Shown one piece after another: positions 8,780-16,608 of a stretch of DNA of 64,000 bases (positions are counted from its first letter, which is position 1; every line of letters begins with the position of its first letter). Origin of the DNA: an uncultured Methanosarcinales archaeon (GTDB lineage: Archaea; Nanobdellota; Nanobdellia; Woesearchaeales; ARS49); assembly GCA_964637115.1 (NCBI GenBank), contig CAZWVL010000004.1:9879-73878 (forward strand), written 5' to 3'. Under the pieces are notes generated by a model. That model worked only from the letters and a program-made list of their open reading frames with translations, ran no database searches and had not been told where the DNA came from. The position numbers were made by a program, and so were the translations under genes.

Positions 8780-9820
8780 TCAAAACTCCTTCTTCCACTC
8801 GAGCATGACAGCATGGCTGTCATCCCAGTGATTTGTAATTGGATTTTCGTTCAGATCTGCTTTGTACCAGATACGCAATCCGCTGTTGCCGAGCTCAAAT
8901 CGTAAACCGAGCATTGCACCATTGGTATCAGTTGCAAAGTTTCTTCGATATTCGATGCTCGGCGTAATGTCATTCAAGAATGCAAAGTCACCTATGTTGA
9001 GTGCGCCGCGGATTGATGCTTTTTTATCATGGGTGTAGGTTGCATCAATGCCGTAATCTCCTGTATCTTTGTCTACATAAATTTCGGCGTTGCCGAAGCT
9101 GAATGTTTTGAAGGATAATGGGAATGTTAAATCGCCCAAGACGCTAAGGGTGTTATGGTCCTCGTCATCAACGCCGAACACTTTTGCACGTTGTGCCCAC
9201 TGCTTTGAGCCGAGAGTAATACGGGCTTCTCTGAAATCGTTTTTACCGATTTTAATGTAGCTCCAGAGTGCTGCACCGTCTAATTTCAAGCTGTATGAAG
9301 CGTTTGCTTCCCAGTTGTTTCCGTTGTTAATATGTCCACCGGCGTATACTAAAGAGTCTCCAATTTCTGCTGTTAGCACACCGCTGGAATTGCCTTTGCT
9401 GTCAAATGCTGCTTCTAAGCCGAAATTGTCATCAAGTTTTAATCCGCCGAGCCAGATTACTTTGTGTTCATTGTTTTCTCTGTCTAACACATCAAATTCC
9501 AGTCCTGCAAATCCTTGTTTGGTATTGTATGAGAGGTATGCTTTGCCTTGGTCTAATGTTGCAGTATCGCGCCAGCCGAGATTAAGCCTGAAATTATCAT
9601 AGTAAAGGTCTGCACCTATTGCGGAATTGTCCTTGGAAGTTTCACCCATGACTTTGTTTCCTGCATACGAAACAATAGTCTGAGCTGCTTCATCGTGCCA
9701 TGTTTCTGCGTATACGCGTGTTTCCATTTTGACTGGTTTCACGTCCTGCGCAAACGCTCCAGTATAGAGCGCCAGCGCGGAGAGTGATGTCATCACTGCA
9801 TGTTTGAGTCTCTGTAACAT
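8780..9820 (-). CDS. secreted beta-rich protein with bacterial outer-membrane beta-barrel (porin-like) character
   Basis: Signal peptide MLQRLKHAVMTSLSALALYTGAFA|QD. About 320 aa of alternating-hydrophobic amphipathic strands with G, Y, N and D in the turns. The C-terminus is ...AVMLEWKKEF (terminal aromatic). It is the first gene of the minus-strand SBP operon. The tool ORF uses GTG at 9829. Confidence 0.5.
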   Translation of the reverse strand: MLQRLKHAVMTSLSALALYTGAFAQDVKPVKMETRVYAETWHDEAAQTIVSYAGNKVMGETSKDNSAIGADLYYDNFRLNLGWRDTATLDQGKAYLSYNTKQGFAGLEFDVLDRENNEHKVIWLGGLKLDDNFGLEAAFDSKGNSSGVLTAEIGDSLVYAGGHINNGNNWEANASYSLKLDGAALWSYIKIGKNDFREARITLGSKQWAQRAKVFGVDDEDHNTLSVLGDLTFPLSFKTFSFGNAEIYVDKDTGDYGIDATYTHDKKASIRGALNIGDFAFLNDITPSIEYRRNFATDTNGAMLGLRFELGNSGLRIWYKADLNENPITNHWDDSHAVMLEWKKEF

Positions 9821-9880
9821 TTCCACCACCTATGTTCAGTAGTGACATGAAACTAATTTATACTTTTTTATTAAACTATA

Positions 9881-9892
9881 TATACTAGTATA
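9881..9892. promoter_or_regulatory. 12-bp perfect palindrome TATACTAGTATA upstream of AbrB-PhoU paralog 1 and the porin-like gene
   Basis: AT-rich divergent intergenic region 9821..9948 with AGTATA repeats. Confidence 0.35.
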
Positions 9893-9948
9893 AAGTATAA
9901 GTATTAAAGAAAAGGTTTAAATATAAGCCATTGCATCGACGATGTAAT

Positions 9949-10860
9949 ATGAAAAGAAAAGTTGTCCGGCAGGGCGCGGCGACATTAATGGTCTCCCTGC
10001 CAAGCAAGTGGGCGCATAAAGTGCACCTGAAGAAAGGCGATGAGATTGACATAGAGGAATCCAACGGCAATCTAGTGATTTCCAAGGAAAAAGTTGAGAC
10101 CAAAAAGCAGACCACTATCAACATTTCCAGTTATTCAGAATCTTCTATCCGTGTGGCGCTGTGGAACACGTACCGCGCAGGTTACAGCCGCATTGTTGTT
10201 AATTTTTCTGATGAAAAACAGTACAAAATTGTGAAGGACGTAATTAAAAATTACGTCGTTGGCTTTGATGTTACTAAGAAAGAGAAGAATTCGTGCATTG
10301 TTGAAAATATCACAGAGCCCGCAGAAGAACAATTTGACGTTCTTTTCAGGAAAATCCTGTATAATATCTCTTTGTTAATCAACATTACTGAAGAACGGCT
10401 GAGAAATAAGCAAACGAGCGACAATTATAATGAAATTGTACTGAAAATCCACCAATATGACAACTTTTGTCGTCGGGTGATTGCGAAAAGGAATTTGTCC
10501 GGCAGTGAGGCATATTTGTTATGGTCATTCCTCACGTTGCTAATTCACGGACAGAGAGAACTGTACCATTTAAACAGGTACTTAGATAAGAACAAGGTAA
10601 AATTCACGAATTTTGAATTTTATGGCAAATTGAGAAAAATATTTGATTTATTGAACGAAGGATACGTCAAAAAAGACTTATCAAAATTTGAAAAGATTCA
10701 TGAATTGGAAAAAGATATCCTATATCAGGAATTTTATGGTTTGATTCAGAAAAATCAGAAAGAGAATATAGTGCTTTATCACATTGCTGCTGCAATAAGA
10801 CAGTTTTATTTGTCAGTAAGTCCTTTAGTGGGTCTATTATTGGAATCCAATAAGTCGTAG
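9949..10860 (+). CDS. AbrB/SpoVT-domain plus PhoU-like domain regulator (paralog 1 of 3)
   Basis: N-terminus MKRKVVRQGAATLMVSLPSKWAHKVHLKKGDEIDIEE (AbrB swapped-hairpin pattern) followed by a helical ~250-aa domain. Its 3' end overlaps the convergent kinase gene by 55 nt. The tool start at 9931 is TTG. Confidence 0.6.
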   Translation: MKRKVVRQGAATLMVSLPSKWAHKVHLKKGDEIDIEESNGNLVISKEKVETKKQTTINISSYSESSIRVALWNTYRAGYSRIVVNFSDEKQYKIVKDVIKNYVVGFDVTKKEKNSCIVENITEPAEEQFDVLFRKILYNISLLINITEERLRNKQTSDNYNEIVLKIHQYDNFCRRVIAKRNLSGSEAYLLWSFLTLLIHGQRELYHLNRYLDKNKVKFTNFEFYGKLRKIFDLLNEGYVKKDLSKFEKIHELEKDILYQEFYGLIQKNQKENIVLYHIAAAIRQFYLSVSPLVGLLLESNKS

Positions 10861-12566
10861 TGAATTCTTCCTTCATTGTCAGTTATGTGATACAATGCGA
10901 TTGCCCTGTTAATCAGGTTCCTTTTCGTTCCTGAAAGGAACTCTGAATAGCCTGATATTTCTTGGCCGTTTTTATTTGTTTTAGAATAATTCAGACTGTT
11001 TGCTTTTTTGCGTGCTTCAAATAATTCTTCTTTGTCACAGAAATATTCTGCACTGACATCAGCAAGTGTTTTATTGGTTCCAAGTTGATTTTTTAAATAC
11101 AATATTGCATAGAAACGGTATCTGAATTCATCAGGAGTGGTTTTATCATTAAATTTATTCACAAAATCATTCGGCACTAAAACTGAATTTGTGCGCATTT
11201 CTTTGTACTCATCTTGTTTTAATTTTTCGTCTTCCATGAGAGCGCTGCGCATTATTGAATAACATAAGCGCTTGCTCATTCTCCTCATATCCATTGTATT
11301 GTCAAGTGGGTCTGCAAATATTCCTTTTTTCGCCTCTTTTAACGGATTTTCTTGTTCCTTGATTTGCTTGAAATAGGGAATAAACTGTTCTGCAATGTCA
11401 GAATTTTGTAAAAGATAGTCTAATCCGCTGTCAGGATATATTCCTGTCCTTAAGGTTTCGTGTATTGCAGGTTCTTTGAATCGGTCTGCTTTTTCTTGAA
11501 TCTGCATTAATTTAAGGCCGCCAAAAATACCGGTTATAATACCAGCAATAGTTGTAAAACCTACTGCATATTTCCTGATTTTTTGCCACGGAACAATGCG
11601 CCTGTTGACAGCATCTTCAAAGTCTCCTTCGAAATTAAAATGTGCCATATTATCAATATACTTCGGATGTTGGACACTGAGGCAATTGCGGAGCATTTTT
11701 CTGTATTGTCGTGGAACAAGGGCGAGGCGTTTTTCCAGAGCAGCGTCGTGTTCATCAAGATTGACATTTGCTATTTGCTTGCCATCCTGTTTAAGTGTTG
11801 CTTTGAGTATCTTTCCATCGACGAAAATTGGTGTTCCATCTTCATCAGCTACCAATTCAATTTTAAATAGCGGTTCTCCGGTTAAAGCATAGAACATTGT
11901 TGCACCTAATGCATAAAACTCGCTTTGTATTGTTGCCTTGGCTTCTTTTTTGTCAAGGAGTGCATTGAGTATGTTTGGCGCAGTAAATTGTGTTCCACCT
12001 CTGGTCGGCAGGAATGATTCTGTAATGTCTCCGATTTTACCTGCTGTCTGCAGGTCTGAAAGCTTGGCGCTCTCATCACGTATTCCAATGAGTATATTTG
12101 ATGGCTTGATGTCTCTGTGCAAAAGGCCTTCGCGCCAGTGTAAATGTTTCAAGCCTGCTGCAACTTGAGAGAATATGTATTTGAACTTCTCTGGTTCGTT
12201 TATTTTACCAAATCGAACACGTTGCTCTAACGAAATGGCTTCATAATATTCTTCAACTGTGATTGTCTTGTCGCCCGTCTTGAACGCATCATTAATCTCT
12301 ACAATGTTCGGATGCTTGACTTTGTTCAGTGCTAGGACTTCGCGTTCATCCAGGTCACCTTTTGAGCGGTTAATGGCTGTCGTGATTGAATTCTCATCAA
12401 TGTGCTCTTTGGGAATCTTGACCACACGGACCTTTTCCACGCTGCCGTGCTTGTAAAGTGCTTCGTAAACGTCTCTGGTGTGGCCTTCTCCAAGTTTGCG
12501 AATTATCGTATACCCGTTTTCCTTGAGTAATTGCTCTACTTTAGAGTCGAGTTTAGTTGCTGCCAT
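10806..12566 (-). CDS. Hanks-type Ser/Thr protein kinase, single-pass membrane, with a ~230-aa C-terminal domain beyond the TM
   Basis: GEGHTRDVY...VVK (VAIK-like), catalytic loop HRDIKPSNILI, then one TM segment YAVGFTTIAGIITGIFGGLKL. Confidence 0.85.
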   Translation of the reverse strand: MAATKLDSKVEQLLKENGYTIIRKLGEGHTRDVYEALYKHGSVEKVRVVKIPKEHIDENSITTAINRSKGDLDEREVLALNKVKHPNIVEINDAFKTGDKTITVEEYYEAISLEQRVRFGKINEPEKFKYIFSQVAAGLKHLHWREGLLHRDIKPSNILIGIRDESAKLSDLQTAGKIGDITESFLPTRGGTQFTAPNILNALLDKKEAKATIQSEFYALGATMFYALTGEPLFKIELVADEDGTPIFVDGKILKATLKQDGKQIANVNLDEHDAALEKRLALVPRQYRKMLRNCLSVQHPKYIDNMAHFNFEGDFEDAVNRRIVPWQKIRKYAVGFTTIAGIITGIFGGLKLMQIQEKADRFKEPAIHETLRTGIYPDSGLDYLLQNSDIAEQFIPYFKQIKEQENPLKEAKKGIFADPLDNTMDMRRMSKRLCYSIMRSALMEDEKLKQDEYKEMRTNSVLVPNDFVNKFNDKTTPDEFRYRFYAILYLKNQLGTNKTLADVSAEYFCDKEELFEARKKANSLNYSKTNKNGQEISGYSEFLSGTKRNLINRAIALYHITDNEGRIHYDLLDSNNRPTKGLTDK

Positions 12567-12699
12567 CGTTCTCCTTCAGAAGCTTGTTTACGGCAAATTC
12601 TACAAAATGAGACTTGTTGCGAAAAGCCCCGTTTTGTAGTTTTTCCTCTACCTGCTTGATGGTATTCTCGTCTATGGATATGCTGACTTTGACCTTCAT
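12553..12699 (-). CDS. small ribbon-helix-helix (CopG/Arc-like) DNA-binding protein, 48 aa, overlapping the kinase start
   Basis: Hand-translated: MKVKVSISIDENTIKQVEEKLQNGAFRNKSHFVEFAVNKLLKENDGSN, a strand-helix-helix pattern. Its stop lies 11 nt inside the kinase ORF (ATGGCAGCAACTAA). It is below the 60-aa cutoff of the ORF track. Confidence 0.45.
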   Translation of the reverse strand: MKVKVSISIDENTIKQVEEKLQNGAFRNKSHFVEFAVNKLLKENDGSN

Positions 12700-12795
12700 A
12701 CGGGGTAGTAAGAATTGCCACCTTTATAAACCTTTCTCTTTTTAGCCACTATCAAGTGGTAACATTTATATACAGGTTATACATAACCTATCCAT
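12700..12795. promoter_or_regulatory. divergent promoter/operator region between the RHH-kinase and AbrB-like-kinase operons
   Basis: TATA-like TTTATAAA (~12723) and TTTATATA (~12766). Perfect palindromes CCACT-atca-AGTGG (~12744) and AGGTTAT-ac-ATAACCT (~12774). Confidence 0.45.
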
Positions 12796-12939
12796 ATGAA
12801 ACAGTTCATAATCACCAAGAAGATTGCCAAGCACGGCTCTCAGGCTATTATTGTAGTTCCGAGAGTTCTTGAATCTTATCTAAAGCCAAAGACGTTGGTA
12901 AAATTGACGATTGACGTGTTGGAGGAGCCAGATGAATAA
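12796..12939 (+). CDS. small AbrB/MazE-like protein, 47 aa
   Basis: Hand-translated: MKQFIITKKIAKHGSQAIIVVPRVLESYLKPKTLVKLTIDVLEEPDE. HGSQAIIVVPRVL fits the AbrB/MazE looped-hinge hairpin. Its stop overlaps the ATG of the next ORF (ATGAATAA). Confidence 0.4.
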   Translation: MKQFIITKKIAKHGSQAIIVVPRVLESYLKPKTLVKLTIDVLEEPDE

Positions 12940-13456
12940 TCCTCTAACTATTGACTTCAAACTGCAAAGAGAACATTTTGGTCAACTAATTGATATTGAC
13001 AGAATTGTTTTCCGGCAAGAACCTCATCCTAATCAGGTTGCAATAGCAGAGAGGCGACCTGAATTGTACACGGTTATCAGACGCGGAGACCATGTTGTTG
13101 GCTATGGTTTAGTTTTGCCATTGCGAAAAGCTGCGTTAACGGCTTTGAAAGAAGGAAAAATATGGGAAGATGAACTAAACATCGGCTGTCTAACCGACCG
13201 GTTGCCAGCTGGCTTTTACATTTCTTCAATTGCTGCAATACAAGATGCTTCTGAACGAGAGCGCGCAATGATTGTTGGAAGCACAGTCAGCCCTCCATTC
13301 CGCACACCTTTTGAAACAATTGCAATTCCTATTTCAGAAGCTGGTAACAGAATTTGTAGAAATCTGCTTCGTATGATTCCTGTACGAGCACGCACCGAAG
13401 TGAAAGGAATCGATGGCTATACGCCGACAACATACCAGCGTGGAGGAGCCAAATGA
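12932..13456 (+). CDS. hypothetical protein (174 aa), possibly an acyl-CoA N-acyltransferase-like fold
   Basis: ORF in an operon between the AbrB-like ORF and the APH-like kinase; its stop overlaps the kinase ATG (ATGA). The tool start at 12911 is TTG. The fold call is weak. Confidence 0.4.
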   Translation: MNNPLTIDFKLQREHFGQLIDIDRIVFRQEPHPNQVAIAERRPELYTVIRRGDHVVGYGLVLPLRKAALTALKEGKIWEDELNIGCLTDRLPAGFYISSIAAIQDASERERAMIVGSTVSPPFRTPFETIAIPISEAGNRICRNLLRMIPVRARTEVKGIDGYTPTTYQRGGAK

Positions 13457-15648
13457 AACCGCTTGAACTCCAGCTGAAAGAAATTCTTGGTGTTAAGGAA
13501 TACAACCGTTTTGCAGATACTGTGCTTTTCCCTGCTATCGAGCAGCTTGCTGAGAGCGGAAAGCTGAGCAATTCTGATCTTGCCAAATTGGCTAAATTGA
13601 CAAAGACCTATGGAGCAGGAATTTTTGACGTTGCCGCTTCAGACGTGGGAGAGGCAACCAAGCATAATCTGTCAGACGGCTTCTCAATTATTGCAAAATA
13701 CAAGTTGAATGAGGATTTGGAATTCAATCTGTTCGTGAAGAAATTCAGCGACAAAAAAAGCTTTGACCGGGGTGTTCTCATACAGGAAGAAATTGCGCAG
13801 CATTTGAGAAACACTGATTTGGCAGGCGTCGTTCCAGAACAGCTATATAAAAACCGGGGCAAGCGCATTGTTGTTATGCCGCTGGTCGAGGCAAAATCAC
13901 TCAATGCCGTCTTGCCTGAATCGAAAGACAAGGAAGAATTGCTTAGAAAAACAATAACAGAATATTTGAAAATAACTGATCATATTGGAGCTAAAAAAGT
14001 CTTTGTGCCTCCAAAAAGAAACGCCCTCGGAAAACTCTGGTATGATGATTTCAAACTGCCTTCATTGCAGAATTTCGACAGATTTTTTGCAAAGGGCTTT
14101 GGTGCTGATGAAAAAATTACAGAAAGCTACAAGCAGCACATAGGCAGCCGTTTGAACGGAAATACAGGCGATTTCATCCACGGTGATTTGCACCCAGGCA
14201 ACATTCTGATTAATGACAAGACCCATTTCATAGACTGGGAGCTGGCCGCAAATGGTTTTACTGAATTTGACCTTTACAAATTGTTCACAAAATCCAATGT
14301 GTCTGATGACCTCGAAGACCGTTTGCTTGCATATACTGTTATGACTAAGGAAAAACTGCGTGCAAAGCGCGAAAACAGGCAGCCAGCCAGCGCTGACACG
14401 CACAGATTGCTATTTGAAGCATCTAAGACACGATACAGGTTAAATCAGATTACTCAGGACTTGTTGACTGCTGAACGCTACAACAAGAATGCGCAAAAAG
14501 ATGTAAAACGCCACGACAAACTTGAAAAAATGGCATTAACTGCCTATAATATTGCCCTGCGCCATATAGAAAAAGCTGAAAGTGAGGGAATTCTCAGTGC
14601 TGATTTCAGGCTGACAATTGAAGATTTTGTACAAAAGAACAAGCCATATAACCGTATTAATAATGTTGAATTCGCTCAATTATTGAGCGTATATAATCCT
14701 CACACAACTCTTTCACAGGATAATCTTGTTTCGCACGGCACTGAAATAGGAGCGCCCGTTGACAAAGAATCCAAGCAAAAGAATTTAGAAATTATAAGGA
14801 AGAGTTTGCACAAGAAGGATTGGGGCAAGATTGCAAAACTTGGAATAGCTGCAGCAGTGTTGCTCTGTAGTGCAAGTTATGGTGGACGGAAGTATTTGGA
14901 GAGTGAACTTGCAAGAATAAAACTCGAGGAAAAGGCTAAACAGGAAGACGCCGATAGTTGGTTTAGAAATGATTTCTGCAAAATTTACGAGACGCGTATT
15001 GAGGCTGAGCTGCATGGTGGAAAGATTCGATGGGCTTATACAGAAGCTGACAAGAGACCGTTGGGAAAAGTGCGGTTAATCGAAGATCGTGAGTTGATCA
15101 AAAATACCTGTGACAAGTATAATCTTGACTTACAATTTACCAGGAGAATGTATAAGATAAATGCTGCTTTTGCTAACGTTGAAAATAATAAAATGAGTGA
15201 TAGAGGCATAAATTTCCTTGATCCATATAGATTCGTATATACCAAAGGTTCTGAGGCTGATCATTATGATCCAGTAATCAATCTTGAATTTGGTGCAAAA
15301 AGATTATCGCGATTGTTTGATAAGTATAAAGTGGATAGAAATATGATTAAAAATGGGCATCATGTCAATAATGGCAACGATGCAATAAAGAATAATGATT
15401 CTTCTTTACAACCATTGATTCGGGCATTAAAACAGTTTTATACCTTTCAAAAGAATTATACCGAAGATGAGGAAGATAAAAGATATGAAGAGCAGCTAAG
15501 CGATGATAAAAAATATAATAAAAAGCTTGCACGTGGCGTACGTGAAATCATATACGCCTTGTTGACAAATGGTCCCCAATCTGATTTTAATGGTGATATT
15601 GTATACTTGGAACAATCAGGAATTCCTGACAATTTCATGCGAGAGTAA
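13453..15648 (+). CDS. membrane-anchored APH/choline-kinase-like protein kinase-fold protein (731 aa)
   Basis: Catalytic motif HGDLHPGNILI and IDWE (APH/CAK family), one TM segment (IAKLGIAAAVLLCSASYGG), and a ~250-aa C-terminal domain. Confidence 0.7.
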   Translation: MKPLELQLKEILGVKEYNRFADTVLFPAIEQLAESGKLSNSDLAKLAKLTKTYGAGIFDVAASDVGEATKHNLSDGFSIIAKYKLNEDLEFNLFVKKFSDKKSFDRGVLIQEEIAQHLRNTDLAGVVPEQLYKNRGKRIVVMPLVEAKSLNAVLPESKDKEELLRKTITEYLKITDHIGAKKVFVPPKRNALGKLWYDDFKLPSLQNFDRFFAKGFGADEKITESYKQHIGSRLNGNTGDFIHGDLHPGNILINDKTHFIDWELAANGFTEFDLYKLFTKSNVSDDLEDRLLAYTVMTKEKLRAKRENRQPASADTHRLLFEASKTRYRLNQITQDLLTAERYNKNAQKDVKRHDKLEKMALTAYNIALRHIEKAESEGILSADFRLTIEDFVQKNKPYNRINNVEFAQLLSVYNPHTTLSQDNLVSHGTEIGAPVDKESKQKNLEIIRKSLHKKDWGKIAKLGIAAAVLLCSASYGGRKYLESELARIKLEEKAKQEDADSWFRNDFCKIYETRIEAELHGGKIRWAYTEADKRPLGKVRLIEDRELIKNTCDKYNLDLQFTRRMYKINAAFANVENNKMSDRGINFLDPYRFVYTKGSEADHYDPVINLEFGAKRLSRLFDKYKVDRNMIKNGHHVNNGNDAIKNNDSSLQPLIRALKQFYTFQKNYTEDEEDKRYEEQLSDDKKYNKKLARGVREIIYALLTNGPQSDFNGDIVYLEQSGIPDNFMRE

Positions 15649-16537
15649 GCGTTTGCCCCATCATTCTTACTATTAATTCTGTCATCTCCCGCAAAAAGCG
15701 CAGGACATATGTCTCCTTTGCCGATTTAGTGCTGTTTAGTTTTCTATCGATTTCAAAAGCAATGCTGTCACGCTCTTTTGCGAGTGCAGCTGCTGCTTCA
15801 TACGAGAATTCATAGAATAATCCTTCAAATTTCTTGAAAAGGCGCTGTATTCGGTCATAGAGGGCAATTACCGATGATTCTAATACAACCTTGTTTTTGG
15901 TGATATAGCCGGTCAGCAGCTTGTATTCGTCGCCAAGCTGCTCAAGAAGCATAACAACAGCATACATGACTGGAGTCTTCGAATATTCCGGATACCCATA
16001 TTTGTTTAGAATACGAAAACAATGGTCCGTTACCCTGTTTATGTTGGCTTCCATATCCTCAAGATAGGCGAGGTCTGTTTCTTTTCGTTTTAAGGTTTGA
16101 AGGCTTTCGTCAGCTACGGCGCTTATCATGAAAAATACCCGCCGAAGTATTGGGTCGAATGCGTTTTCAGACACACCCGAAATATCTTTGATGATAAGAT
16201 AATTTTTGCCTTGCTGGATTACTTCCATTCCTATCATTTCCCTGACGCGCTGCTGAATGAGTCTTGCCTTGTTTAACGAGTCAAACTTCACTTCCAGTTC
16301 ATCAACGCCTTCCAAGTATTTTGCAGCAACAATTCTTTTGAGCAAATTGTCAAGCTTGCTTAGATCAATGGTCTCCCGCATATGCTTGGGAACGGTTGGC
16401 GGGGTCATTACAAGCGTCGTATCTTTCTCTTCCAGTTCTATTTCATCACCCGCTTTCAGATTAAGCTTCTTTGTCCACTTGGCAGGCAGTGAAATAGTCA
16501 GTGTTGCCGCTCCCTGCTTGATTATCTTGCGTCGCAT
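15635..16537 (-). CDS. AbrB/SpoVT-domain plus PhoU-like domain regulator (paralog 2 of 3)
   Basis: MRRKIIKQGAATLTISLPAKWTKKLNLKAGDEIELEE. Its 3' end overlaps the convergent APH-like kinase by 14 nt. The tool start at 16558 is TTG. Confidence 0.6.
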   Translation of the reverse strand: MRRKIIKQGAATLTISLPAKWTKKLNLKAGDEIELEEKDTTLVMTPPTVPKHMRETIDLSKLDNLLKRIVAAKYLEGVDELEVKFDSLNKARLIQQRVREMIGMEVIQQGKNYLIIKDISGVSENAFDPILRRVFFMISAVADESLQTLKRKETDLAYLEDMEANINRVTDHCFRILNKYGYPEYSKTPVMYAVVMLLEQLGDEYKLLTGYITKNKVVLESSVIALYDRIQRLFKKFEGLFYEFSYEAAAALAKERDSIAFEIDRKLNSTKSAKETYVLRFLREMTELIVRMMGQTLTLA

Positions 16538-16594
16538 ATCGTCGATAGTCGCTTTCAAGTATATAAATTTTGCCTTTAGAATATAAGAATATGC

Positions 16595-16608
16595 TAGAAT
16601 ATATTCTA
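16595..16608. promoter_or_regulatory. 14-bp perfect palindrome TAGAATATATTCTA in the divergent promoter region of AbrB-PhoU paralog 2
   Basis: It is flanked by three direct AGAATAT repeats (16577-16602) and lies ~60 nt upstream of the 16675 ORF and ~40 nt upstream of the 16537 ORF. Confidence 0.4.

Noticed and set aside
12536-12721. 61-aa minus-strand ORF MAILTTPYEG...
   Set aside because: It is in a different frame from the better-supported RHH ORF covering the same region, and it has no fold-like pattern.
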